From positions 761,367-825,366 of the forward strand of contig JAHRHZ010000166.1 of NCBI GenBank assembly GCA_024137785.1: a DNA stretch of 64,000 nucleotides. The letters are read 5' to 3'. Below, piece after piece: positions 40,637 to 53,133 of the stretch. The translations under genes and the position numbers were made by a program. This DNA comes from Ginglymostoma cirratum. Its lineage: Eukaryota. The notes under the pieces are model-generated. The model saw only the letters and a list, made by a program, of their open reading frames with translations, was not told the origin of the DNA and made no database searches. Positions within the stretch are counted from its first letter, which is position 1. The number at the start of each line of letters is the position of its first letter.

Positions 40637-40679
40637 ATGAATATTTTAACTCTTTGTACCCTATTTGGACTTTTTCCAG
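40637..40679 (+). CDS. Copy C exon 1, signal peptide
   Basis: caggcaATG..CCAG|gttaga; MNILTLCTLFGLFP, phase 1; homologous leaders at 16912-16954 and 35172-35214. Confidence 0.8.
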
Positions 40680-43667
40680 GTTAGATTTTCTTACTTCTAA
40701 ACTTTTGGACACTTGGAGTGTGAGATTAGTCGGAAATATTAGTTAAAGAGGAATATTACATGAAAGTTATCTGTAATAACAATGTTATTTTGAAGAACTG
40801 TATTATGAAATTAGACCAAATTATATGGCTCGTGACAGTGCTGCGGCAAAGGTAAAAAAAACTAAGGGTTTCATTTATTCTTCCAAGCCAATGTTTCAAT
40901 AAATGTTTAAAATAATTGATATGATATTTACGCGATTGCTGTTTTCAGATTCTTCCTTTGTTCAAATTTGTCGATCGGTTTTCATAGATTGAAACATTAA
41001 TTGTACTTAGGAAGTTATTGAATTGATTGTACATTTACTTTCATTCATTCTTTCTTCCTTGCCTCCTTGCTTTCTTTGTCTCGATTTCTCTTTTTTTCTC
41101 TCATTCTTTTTTAATTCTTCTTTATAACTTTCAGAAATTGCCACAATTCTTCATGCGGATTACTGGTCACGTGGTTCTTTCTTCATTTACTGGTATTTTC
41201 TTCATTCTTCTGGTATTTAAAGGTTTTATTTTGCAGAAGTTAAATTTCTTACGATATTTCTTGTTCTATAGTTACTGCCCTTCACAAAATGGTCCTGCAG
41301 ACTCCACGACTTCAGACAGTCTTTATTGGAAGTACCGTTAAGCTTAATTGCCACACGGGTTGGCATGTCAGTGGTTACCTTCACTGGTATAAGCAACAGT
41401 TGCGAGGAAATTTGAAGAAGGTTTACATAATGAACGAGATCTTCAATTCGAATGGAAAAAAGATATCTGGAGAAATTAATCATGCCTCGAATATTTATAC
41501 TCTTATAATTGATGATGTTCAGGTGAATGACTCAGGTCTATATTACTGTGCAGCTTGGAGACTTTACGGAATGCCCCTCGTATTCGGAAATGGATCAAGA
41601 CTGCTCGTTACAGGTCAGAGTTATGACTGATTTACGAATTTCACCGTCAATAATCAAAAATTTGGAAGAAGAAATAATCGTATCTTACTCCCAACTTACC
41701 CTCACCATGTTTCTCTTATCTCTACCGCTAGATGGAATGAATAAAATCAGTGGAAGTTTGCCATCTTCGATTGGTAACTACACTATTTATAAGCTTATGT
41801 TTTATGTTTAATGATATTGTGAGACATTGTTGTTTGCAATAAGATCATTAAATTTTACATTTTCTCCCTTCATTTGCATTCACATGCGAACATTTACATT
41901 TTTCAGACCTCTAAGGGCTTTCTGCTTAAGTATCTTAATCCGTTTTACCTGACTATTTGTTTGAATTAGAGTCAGCTGGAAATTACAATGATTAAGATTG
42001 GAAAATAAATTTCAATTGCCAGATCGCTAATTTCCCTTTTAATGTCCATGAGTAGATGCCTGTGTTTTTTTTAATAACATTTGCGTCATGTAAAGAAATA
42101 ATTTAGTCCAATGGGGAAATGTCCGTGGTGTTGTTCCACACAAATCTCTTTCCAAGCATTTTGTTTTTAGAATTCCATAACCATAAGCCTAATATCAGCA
42201 CATTCCCTCTCCTATATCTGTTTAAGGAATCCCTGTATTGACCACCCCATGCCAGTTAATCCTTCATGACCCCACCTCAGATCCTGTTTGAAGTCATGAT
42301 CTCGGATAAAACAGCTCCACTTAACCACCTCACCCGGAATTTGGACTGATATCACAATATTGATCAGTTACAGATTGCTTCTGTCTCAGTGGTGGAAATA
42401 TGTTGTTTTCAATTCTATCCGAACAAGTCGTTTCACAGATAGAAGACCTATGTCAGAAATTTAATACCTTGCTTAATTTCTGAGAGAATAAAAATGCCAG
42501 ATTTTTCATTCGTTGTTGATAGGTTAAAGCATTCATTCATTTTCATTTATTTGACGCTGGCAGGACTGGTAAGTTCTCAGGGCTAGGAATTTTGAATTGA
42601 AGTTGTTGCGTCTCCTTAAGCTTTCTGGCAATCGTCAGTGGCTTATTTATAACTTTTTAGTGTTGTGACTTTGTCTTCTCCAGAGTCTTGCCATTTAATA
42701 TTTTATGGAAATTTGTTGGCAATTGTTCTTCTCACAATCGTTACTGTTGCTGCGGCATTGAGCTACAGAAAGCAGAATTCAGGTAGTAATTTTTCATACG
42801 TGCTATAACCCAATGTATTCTACACCCCCGTTTGTACATTATCGTGAAATTTGATTTCTTCTCTTTAGTTAACCTGATCGGTTTTATTATTATTATTATT
42901 TTAAAATTGTTTCACGCTTTATATCAGGCGACTGGATCACTGATAACAACTGCAAGGAATCACTACCACTCGATCAGAAACAGCAGGTAAATTCACAAAG
43001 ATGTTTTTCTCAATATGTGTGCTTCTGAATCAACGTTTAAGAGAGTTAGGTACAATGAAAAAATTCTACTAGGGACATCATTGTAAACATTAAGAAGTGG
43101 CAAGGTTTATCATTTTGATACAAATGAAGTTACCTGATAATATAGTCAGTGTTTTTAATGTCAGTAATTATATGCAATTTTGGAATGAGTCTTATAAAAT
43201 GATGACAATGTTAAACAGTTTGCGTTCTGCATGCAAGTTGTATAAATGGAATGATTATTCCATCTTAGAAAGGGACAGTGAAATGATCGACTGATGATGA
43301 ACAGTTTGCTTAAAATACCATCAGATGAGAAACGAGGCACTCTTTGCTCTGGTGTGCATGGTGTCGAATGGGACATCATATGAACATGAAATTCATAAGT
43401 TCATAGGAATTGGAAACCTAGAAACGTACATACACGCATATGCAAAACGTTTCTAGGTTTCCACACACACGCACACACACATATCTGTGTGTGTATATAT
43501 ATATAAATATATATGTATATGCATGCTGTCTTGGAAAATATTGTAGTTACTATCAACGATACAGGTCCAATTGTTAAATGGTGATTTCACTGCATGACAA
43601 CAGTTCCTGATTTATTCCACAGGGTCTGTATGCCCAGTTGGCGTTCACTGCTGATCAGACACTGTGA
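40637..43667 (+). CDS. Copy C: germline-joined VJ-type IgSF receptor (PRARP/VJC1/NKp30-like architecture). Five exons: 40637-40679, 41272-41613, 42684-42782, 42928-42986, 43623-43667; 195 aa
   Basis: All introns are GT-AG with compatible phases (1,1,1,0), giving a 588-nt open frame: MNILTLCTLFGLFP-VTALHKMVLQTP..KLNCHT..LHWYKQQ..DSGLYYCAAW..FGNGSRLLVT-ESCHLIFYGNLLAIVLLTIVTVAAALSYRKQNS-GDWITDNNCKESLPLDQKQQ-GLYAQLAFTADQTL*. Each exon has a recognisable homolog in pseudogene copy A. AATAAA at 43931. Confidence 0.78.
41272..41613 (+). CDS. Copy C exon 2, single-exon V+J Ig domain
   Basis: ttgttctatag| acceptor and |gtcaga donor. B-strand Cys, HWYKQ, DSGLYYC and FGNGSRLLVT J motif all in one ORF (track ORF 41289..41630). 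Confidence 0.92.
41681..41830 (+). pseudogene. Intronic relic of a C1 exon in copy C (5' part joined to post-C1 intron)
   Basis: ctcccaactt..accgct and LTMFLLSLPLDG match the copy A C1 start (ILLLTSPLNG); this is followed directly by tatttat..tgttttat..ttgtga resembling the copy A post-C1 intron. Confidence 0.6.
42684..42782 (+). CDS. Copy C transmembrane exon
   Basis: ttgtcttctccag| ... |gtagta, 99 nt, phase 1-1; SCHLIFYGNLLAIVLLTIVTVAAALSY followed by basic RK. Confidence 0.82.
42928..42986 (+). CDS. Copy C cytoplasmic exon 1
   Basis: ctttatatcag| ... |gtaaat, phase 1-0; homolog at 11727-11761. Confidence 0.72.
43623..43667 (+). CDS. Copy C terminal exon with YAQL motif
   Basis: tttattccacag|GGT CTG TAT GCC CAG TTG..TGA; the same-length homolog TLNARLASTAHRTF* lies at 8096-8140. 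Confidence 0.75.
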   Translation, partial: GLYAQLAFTADQTL

Positions 43668-45069
43668 CGGCACAGAGAACCAAGTGTTCATCATTGAAGA
43701 ACATAATATCTTTTTTCAAATTCGGTGGGATAACAGTTAGAAATATTTGTTAATTGTTAAGCGCAGAAACATTTTCTTGATATTGTGCCAGGTCCCTCTG
43801 TTTTAAGGTTCATTGGTACGAAAATGGAAATTTTCTTCAAAACAGCAACTGCTGGAATGAAACCTGAAGATAAAAATGTTCCACCAAACATATATTTCAC
43901 TATCACTAATGAACCTGACGCTGATTTGTGAATAAATCATTTATAATCTGAAAGAGAATAATCTAGCAACTATTTTATACTTTGGATTTTATTCTTAGGG
44001 TGGCACATACTATGAATCATTGTTTCGTCTTCAGAATATTAGTCTAGGTTACCATATTGAAGTACTATAGGTCTCATTATGAGTATACAATAAAAGTAGC
44101 ATTTATGGGGGCTTTCAAAAATATTGAAACAGTGGCAGTCGAAGGGTGATAAGTCATGTCTAAGTCAAAACGGCTTGTAACTTGAAAAGAGATCTAGGTT
44201 CTTGCACACCCTGCTTTCTGCTAACTTCATCATTTTATCATCAATCGTGTTTTGCGAACTTCTACTGAATCATTTTGGCGAGATTTTGGCGTGCATGTTT
44301 TAGATACGCTGCTGAAACTATGCTAACGTGATGAAGTAAGTCTGATTTTAATGCCAATCAAACGACTTGCATTGTCTTCACTATTATTGACTGCATTTTT
44401 ATTAGATTAGTTCTCATCGAGTTAAGAAGCAGACCTTTCCCTTTCGTCCAGCAATACATCTTAAATATTTTGAAAATACTTTGGGGAATAAGGAGGTGAT
44501 CGGATGGATGGTTTTCTGATGAACAAAGATAATTGTTAAGTACCTCGTGAAAGTGGCACTAAGGGCATAACTCTACGTAACACTCGCAGAAATACTGTTG
44601 TCTGTGACGATTGGTTCAAAACAGCAGCAGCAGTATTCCAGAGTTCTTGATAAGACACCGGCTTCTAGACTTTATTCTGCTCGATTCCAACCAAAACAAT
44701 TTCAGTGTGGCTCCTCAATATTACATTCGGTCAAAAGCTGATGTGATGATAAAATGTGCCAATTTTCCCCTTGCATCTAGAATTCAGTTTTGTCTTAAAT
44801 CCATGTTTGGCCAGTGCAGTCACCTAGAAATGTTGATAGCAGAAAGAAAACAAAGCATCTGCAGCAGGTTTTTCAGCGGAAAACCCACTTGATTGCACTG
44901 TTCAAATCAGCTCCCACACATTTGTTGATCACTGAGAGTGGGCAGAAGGATAGTAAATGACATATTGAATTTGTCATACTATTTGAGCACTGGAGATAAT
45001 CACTTTGCAAATGTTGTAAGTGGTCCAGCTTTGGAACTGAACCATATTTGAACTGCAGTTCTTTTAAAA

Positions 45070-47200
45070 ATATCACTCGTGGGACGTATGTGTGGCTGGC
45101 TGGCCAGCATATATTGCCCGTCCTTAGTTGCCCTTGACCAGGTGTTTGTGAGGTTTTTTTTTCTTAAACCGCTGCAGTCTATGTGATCTCAGCAACAGTG
45201 AGGGAATGTCCAAATTTTCCCAATAAGGATAGTGAGTGTTTTGCAGGGGGACTTGCAGATGGTGGTGTTACCATTTACCTGCTGTCCTTATTCTTTTATT
45301 GGTTAGATGTCGTGGATGTGGAAGGGGCTGTCTAAGAATCCCTGGTGAATTTCTGCATTGCAGGTTGTCGGTGGAACACACTGCTGTGATTAAGTGTCAT
45401 TGGCGAAGGAGTGAATGCTTGTAGCTGTAGTGCCAACAAAGCAGCTGTTTTGTTATGGATGGAGTCAAGTGTCTTGAGTTGTTGTTGAAGCTGAATATAT
45501 GGAGGCATGTGGGGAGTATTCCACCACAATCCTGACTTGCGTCTTGTAGACAATCTTGTAGGCTTTGGGGTGTCTGGAGGTGAGTTACTTGCTGCATCAT
45601 TCCTAGCCTCTGACATACTCTTGTAGTCAAAGTGTTGATTTGGTGTGTCTAGTGCTTTTCTGGCAATGGTAACCCCAAGAATAATGAAAGTCGGATATTC
45701 AGTGATTGTAAAATCATTGAATGCACATGGGCAGTGATTAGATGGTATCTGATTGGAGATGGTCATTGCTTGGCATTTGTGTGGTGTGAATCTTGCCACT
45801 TACTTGTCAAAGCCTGGATATTGCCAAGATCTAGTTGCTTTAGAATATCGACTGCTTCAGCAAGTGAAGAGTCGCAAGTGGTGCTAAATGATATGCAATG
45901 ATCAGCGAACGCCCCTATTTGTGACCGTTTGATGGGAGAAGGTCATGATGAAGCAGCTGAAGATGTTTGGACTGGGATTACAACCATGCAGAACACCTGA
46001 GAGATGTCCTGGTGCTCACATGGCTGATCTCCAACCAACAGAAATAGCATTTTATATGTCAGATATGAATTTGAGTGGTGGGGAATTTTCCCTCTGATAT
46101 CTATTCATTCCACTTTTGCTCGTGGTTGTTGATGCCACAGTTAGTGTATGTGACCTTGATGCCAAGGGCTGTCACTCTCACTTCACCACGGGAATTCAAC
46201 TCTTGTGTAAATTATTGATCCACAGATGTAATGAGCTGAGTTTCCCAAGCAACACCCAACTGGGCATCACTGATCACATCATTGCTGAGCACGTGCTGCT
46301 TGGTTGCATTGTTGATGAGACCTTCCATCATTTTACTGATGCCTGAGAGGACATTGACGGCTAAGATGGATTTGTCCTGCTTTTTGTGTATTTGACATAC
46401 CTCGGCAATTTTTCACATTGTCAGGCAAATGTCACTGCTGACATCTTGGGGAGAGACAAGTTCAGAAGCACAAGTCTTCAGTACTGTATCTGAAAACTGT
46501 CATTACTCATAGTATTCCATTATCCAGTGCCTCCAACCTTTTTTTAATATCAAGTTGAGTGAATTGAATTGGTTTAAGATTAACATTTGTAATGTTGGTA
46601 ACCTCTGGAGGAGGCCGAGATGGATCAACTACTTGATAAATCTGTCTGAAGATTGCTACGAGTGCAAAAGCCTTGCATTTTACATTGGTATGTTGGGCAC
46701 TTTCATCACTGGGCATGGCGATAATTGTGGAGCTTTCTCCTCCAGTGAGCTATTTAATTCTCTTCAACCATTCATGACTGAATGTGATAAGACTGCAGAG
46801 CCTTAGATCTGATCATTTAGTTTGGGATTGCTTCGCTCTTTCTATCACTTTCTGCTTATGCTGTGTGGTCTGTGAGTAGTCTTGTTTGGTGCTTCACCAG
46901 TTGACTCCTCATTGAGTCTTGTCCAATGCAGACTAATCTGCTTGACTGCTCTATGCCAGCGTTCTCCCAATTTTGGCACCAGCACCTACATGTTAGTGAG
47001 GAGGACTTTGCAGGCTGTTTCTTGTGCGTGAAGGAGATTGTATTTTCAAACAATCGTCAATAGCTTCATTGGTCATCATTAATCTTACTTCCAACTTATT
47101 AGTGAAATCAAATTCCACCACCTGTCATGGCAGGATTCGTATCAAGATCCCCAGAACATTGGCCCAGCTTTGTGAATTAACACTGCAGTGATAAACTATT
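45070..47200 (-). mobile_element. Degenerate LINE with SINE-related ends, same family as 22600-23970
   Basis: RT C-terminal remnants (FTPHKCQAMTISN, ILGVTI). Confidence 0.6.
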
Positions 47201-48099
47201 GCACGCCCCACCCCATCCCTTCTACATCCTGCACATTATCAGACCTTACAGGCCTAGCTGTAAAACAATGTGTTCAGACGCTTGTTATAACATGGTGTAC
47301 AGTACTGTCTGAACGTTTGTAGCTGTGATGCTTGGGGCCTCGAAATAAGGTTGCATTCCATAATTATCACGATAATCCATGTGAAGATGGTTACACAAGC
47401 TACATCTCTGTCCTTAGTGCAAGTGTGAATAGCTCCTAAATCTTTAACACACTTATACTTCCATGTTATAGTTTTTTTTTTGTTTCAAGAGCATTAAACA
47501 AGCTTGAGAAATAGAATCCATGGTCGACTTTCTTTTCAATGAAGCTGTTCTGCCATTCAATATGTTTGTGCCCTTATGTGCTCTTTTCTAACTTCCAGCC
47601 CATTATCCTTCTTTGTCTTTTAAATCATGCATCTGTCTAACTCAAAATAAACACAAGGAAAGGAGATGCTGGAAATGAATGTTTCAACTCCAGTGACCCT
47701 TTACCATAAGTCTGGGAGGGTTACTAAATTTGAAAAGATATCTTTGCTTTACCCCACAGATGTTTCATCAGCTCCCTCTTGTTTTGTATCTATCTGACTG
47801 AGCGCAGATTATATTCAGTTATGTAGCTTCCATTATTTCCAAAGAGTAACAAGCCAGTAAGAATTTAAATGACTTTTCGTTTCTGCCTACTAGGGGAAAT
47901 CAATCAATGGGAATAAGCTTTATTTGGGAATTTGTAATGTTACCTCTTGGCACCATCTTATGTGCAGGATACCATGATACAGGATAATTAAGTATTTGTT
48001 ACAGACTTGGGAGAATTATAAATAAAATTCCAGACACTATGCACCCTATATATGATAATTCTATTCAGAAGCCTGATAAACATGATACAACTTTGGAAT

Positions 48100-49990
48100 A
48101 AGGGAAGCATTTTTAGATTGGCAAACTGTGGTGTGCCGTAGGAATAAGTGCTGGGACCACAATTTGAATTTGCATTTGCAAGAAGAATAAGGGAGCTGAA
48201 TATTTCCTAAATGGAGAAAGACTGAAGAAAGTTAAGACAGAAGGTTATACGAGTCTTCGTCCGTAACTTTGCGAGAATGAACATTCAGTGCGTAACAAGA
48301 AAGGCAAATTGAATGTTAGCCTTTATTTCAAAGGGAATGGAAAAGTATATAAGCAGAGCTTTTCAAGATACTAATCCAACCACAATTGAAACACTGTAAA
48401 CAGTTTTGGGAACCTTATCTAAAAAAAAATATACACTTGCAACGGAGACTGTTCAAATATGGTTCACTCAAATGATATCATGCATGCATATTGTGTTATG
48501 ACGAGAGATTGTGCAGATTTGGCCTGCATTTGTGAACTTTCAGTGAAACAGAGCCGCCCTCATTGAAACAATATTCTGCAAGGCTTGACAGAGTAAGTCA
48601 TTGTAGGACACCGTTAAGATGTGAAGATATCATCTAAGAACAAGGGTTGGTACATTTAAGACAAAGATATGAAGCAACTTCTTCAATCAGAAAGTTATGA
48701 ATCTGCAGAATTCTGTGATAAAGATCCAGAGAATTGTAGCATTACCAATATGGTACCCCTATAGAAAAATGGAGTCAGTTAAAAAGCAGGTAACTACAGA
48801 CCGGTTAGTGTAATTGTCTATGGTTTGAAAAGTACTGTATTCAATTTCTGAGGAAGAAAAGTAGGATATTTGGCAAATCAGAACCTAATCAAGCAGAATC
48901 CGCATGGTTTCATGGAAGAGAAATTGTATCCGATTAGTCTATTCCACACTTTTAAGGAAGGCTTGAGCAGAGTGGACAGAGGACGCCCTCGATATATGTT
49001 AGACTTGGATCTCGACAGGACATTTGACACTGTACCTCAAAACAATTTAAGTCATTTGATAACTGCCTATGATGGTGAATGCAGTGTATTGTTATGGAAA
49101 GAGAACTTACTAATGGGCAAGAAATAATGGGTGGAGATCAGGGGTTCTTTTTCAGGTTGGCGACGTGTACCAGTAAGTTTCCACAGGAATCAGTGCTGGG
49201 ACTGCAATGGTTAATAAGATATAACAATAACTTGGAGGATGGAAGTGAATGTACTGTCGCCTAACTTGCAGACAACACAAAAACAGGTATAAAGGCAGGT
49301 AGTGAGAGGGATACAAGCAGTTTATAAAGACATATTGACAGTTTAAATAAGGGAGGGAAGAGAATAAATCGGAACATGATGTATAATGTGGGTAAATACG
49401 GAATTGTTCATTTTTAGAAGGAAAACAAAAGTGCAGGGCATTATTCAAATGGACATAAACTGCAGTAATCTACAACACAAAGGGACTTGGGGATAACTGT
49501 GCATGAATTTCAGAAAAGCAGGATCTTGGTGCAGGAAATCGGGATGTGATGCTGGCCATGATTTCACAGCGATTACAGTATATAAGTAGGAATTTCTTAC
49601 GGCAACTGTACAGAGTGATGGCGATACTACATCTGGAATACTGTGAGCAGTATTTGTCCTCTTATGAATTATAATACTATTAAGGCACATAGAATTCTGA
49701 AGCCACTTGCCAGGGTAACTGCTGAGGAGATGTTTCCACTAGAGTCCAAAACCAGGAGACATACTGTCAGAATAAAGGGGCACCGATGTAAGACAGATGA
49801 GGAGGAATTTCTTCTCGCGGAGTGTTATAGTGTTTCGAACTCATTGCAATGGGCAACCATTGAGATGTAAGCATGGATATCAAGGATTGAGAGGAAAAGT
49901 CAGGAAAGTGGAAGTGAGAAGTTTCAGATCAACCATAATATTGCTTAATTGTAGAGCATGCTCGAGGTACTGAACATCTTACTTATGTTC
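48100..49990 (+). mobile_element. Degenerate CR1 RT fragments
   Basis: NPHGFME, LDLDRTFDTVP, PQESVLG. Confidence 0.75.
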
Positions 49991-50149
49991 ATATTTCTTA
50001 TGGTCTTATCACAGGGCTGCTGTGATTGGGCTTTTAAACATATTCAAGGATGAGTTATACAAATTGAGACAAATGAGGGAAATAAGCTAGAAGATGTGAA
50101 AGACAATAAAATAAACTTGAGGATAATCAGGTCAGCCATAATATCATTG

Positions 50150-51140
50150 AACATAAGAGCAGGAGTAGGCCATCTGGGCCCTCGAGCCTGCCCCCCCCCC
50201 ATTTAATAAGATTATGGCTGATCTTTTTGAGACTCAGCTCCACTTACCTGCCCACTCACCAGAACCCTTAATTCCTTTACTGTTCAAATAAATTACCTAG
50301 CCTTGCCTTAAAAACATTCAGCGAGGTAGCTTCAACCGCTTTATCGGGCAGGGAATTCCACAGATTCACAACTCTTTGGGTGAAGAAGTTCCTCCTGACC
50401 TCAGTCCTACATCTGCTTCCCTTTACTTTGAGGTGATGTCCTCTAGTCCTAGTTTCACCTGCTAGCGGAAACAACTTCCTTGCCTCCACCTTATCTATTC
50501 CCTTCATAATCTTGTATGCTTCTATAAGAACTCCCCTCATTCTTCTGAATTCCAATGAGTCTAATCCTAGTCCACTCAGTGTCTCCTCATAATCCAAACC
50601 TTCCAACTCTGGAATCACCCAAGTGAATCTCCTCTGCACCCCCTCCAGTGCTAGTAAATCTCTTCTGAAGTAAGGAGACCAAAACTGCACATAACACTCC
50701 AGGTGTGGCCTCACCAGGACCTTATACAGCTGCAGCATAGCCTCCCTGTTTTTAAAATTCATCCCTCTAGCAATGGCAGACAAAATTCCATTTGCCTTTT
50801 TAATTACCTGCTGCACCTGAAATCCTACTTCTATCGATTCATGCACAAGGACACCCAAGTCCCTCTGCACAGCAGCATGCTGCAATTTTTTTACCATTTA
50901 AAACATAGTCCATTTTGCTGTTATTCCTACCAAAATGGATAACCTTACATTTATCAACATTTTGCTCCATCTACCGGACCTTTGCCCACTCACTTAGACT
51001 GTCTGTATCCCTCTGCAGACTTTCAGTGTCTTCTGCACACTATGCTCTACCACTCATCTTAGTGTCATCTGCAAATTTTGACAAACCACACTTAGTCCCC
51101 AACTCCACATCATCTATGTAAATTGTAAATAATTTCGGTG
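50150..51140 (-). mobile_element. CR1 3' fragment
   Basis: ORF 50277..50897 QRDLGVLVH..LVRPHLE..FFTQRVVNLWNSLP. Confidence 0.92.
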
Positions 51141-51409
51141 AATGGTGGAGCGGACTCGATCAGCTGAGTGGTCTACTTTTGCACCTATGCCTTATGGTCT
51201 TTTGGAGTTTTGTTTTGAAGATGATGAACAACCTAGAAGGAATCAGGAGATGAGGTTTTCGCTACGGGATACCTTGAATCTGATACACTTGTAAAGACAT
51301 ATTTATATGGTTAGTCCAGATCAGTTTCCAATTAATGGTAACCCTGGGAGATTTAGTGCTTGTGATGACATTGAGAGTTAAGGGTTGATGGTGAGATTGC
51401 CTTTAATTG

Positions 51410-51766
51410 TAGATTATAGAATACATACAGTGTGGAAACAGACAATTCTGCTCTTCAAGTCCACACTACCCTCCCAGCATGGTATTCAATTCAGACTCAC
51501 CCCCCCCCCCAATAACCTTACATTTCGCAGGTATAGATCACCTACCCTGCATATCTCTGGACACTATGAGACAATTTAGAATGGCGAATCGACCTAACCT
51601 GCACATTATTGGACTGTGGGAGGAAACTCGAGCACCTGGAGGAAACCCTTGCAGACAAGGGGAGATCGTGCAAACTACGTACAGACAGTCGCCTGAGGTG
51701 GGAATTGACCGAAGTCCCTGGAGCTGTGGGGCAGCTGTGCTAACCACCGAGCCACCGTGCTGCCCC
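51410..51766 (-). mobile_element. HE1-type SINE
   Basis: gcagcacggtggctcggtggttagc head on the minus strand. Confidence 0.8.
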
Positions 51767-52077
51767 CATTCTCATTGCTCGGCATGTGTGCAGTGCACGT
51801 GCCACCGCAATTTTTCAGTCCAAGCCTTGATATTACTGAGGTATTGCTTTATTCGAGGTGAACCCCCTCAGTAACATGAAGATACTGATTGTGAGTGATT
51901 CAATGATGGCAATGACATTAACTGTAAAAATGTGTTGGGAAGATTGGCTCTTATTATAGCTGGTTACATCTTTGTATTTCTGTAATGCAATTGAACTTGT
52001 CAGTTTTCAAACCAAGCTTGAATAAAGCAGTTGTGGGAGAGTAGAGAAGGCTGAATACAGCACATGCGTCATGTATG

Positions 52078-52213
52078 AGAGATAAAAGGTACTGCAGATG
52101 CTGGAGAATCCGAGATAACAAGCATGGGGCTGGATGAACACAGCAGGTCAAGCAGCATCATAGGAGCAGGAAGCTTGACCTGCTGTGTTCATCCAGCCCC
52201 ATGCTTGTTATCT
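52078..52213. mobile_element. Hairpin element, 13-bp TSD
   Basis: TSD tgcgtcatgtatg at 52065-52077 and 52214-52226. Confidence 0.85.
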
Positions 52214-53133
52214 TGCGTCATGTATGTATGTGTTGTACCTCGTGATAAAGTGTTTCGTCTCTTATGAGGGAGGGTCCGTGAAAATGGAGCATTATTTTTG
52301 TTGTGGACGAAAGTGGAAATGGGCTCGTTTGAAAATCAAAGCATGGTGAATGAATTTATTCTCATTTGAGTAGCGTTTACATTGGTGTTTTGCAGTGTGT
52401 TTGTGTGCGGATTCGTGCATCTGTGGGATGTCTGAACAGAAAATGTTCAAGCTGGGAACAGGTTGCTGAATAGTTTGTGAAAATGTGATCAGCTTTATAT
52501 ACTCAAAGTGATCAAATTGACCACAGCTCTCCGATTGGTCTCTAAACAGTTTAACAGTTCGGGATTATACAATTGATTTGAGAATCCTCAGTGCCGCCTG
52601 ATTTCATTAGTCCCTGTATCCCTACTGTAAAAGCATCTGAAGCATGAGAAACATCAATTACTTTTTCCAAACAGTTGTTGAAAGTTGTTGCATTTACCAT
52701 GTAACTAGAAGGTTTTGTAAGGGATGTTCCAATTGCGATGTGCTTCCTGGAAAGAAATGGAAGATCTTGGAGAATCAAGATTGCAGAACTGGGAAAGCAA
52801 AAGGAACATTTCATTGAACCCCGTAGACAAGTCTTATTGAAATGTATTTTCAATTATTTATCTATTCACCATAAAACTGATGATTTTGTTTTTGCCTATG
52901 TTTGTTCATTTGCGTATAGGAGGTTAAAATCATTAGGGGATTAATTTATCGTATTATGTCCTTATAATTCATAATTTTGGTTACCCTTAACTAGAAAGGA
53001 ACAGTAGTACTTATTCAGCGGAGAAACCTCGTCAATGCTTAAATTGATTCCATCAGAATGACTAAGTGGGAACGTTTCGTGCTTTGATTAAACTGTTAAC
53101 TTTTGTGATGATTCCTGGATTAGCAGGGTGAAA

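Noticed and set aside
41272-41640. Rearranging TCR/Ig V segment, or a processed cDNA copy
   Set aside because: No heptamer or nonamer flanks the V, J is fused in the same exon, and introns are present.
42684-42782. Calling copy C CD8 from its Cys-led TM exon
   Set aside because: No Pro/Thr-rich hinge exon or CxC/CxH Lck motif was found, and the paralog carries a C1 domain.
44560-44823. Another V pseudo-exon on the minus strand (strong acceptor, VTAL start, NSGI..CC)
   Set aside because: No Cys/Trp framework or J motif is recoverable, and the spacing is too short.
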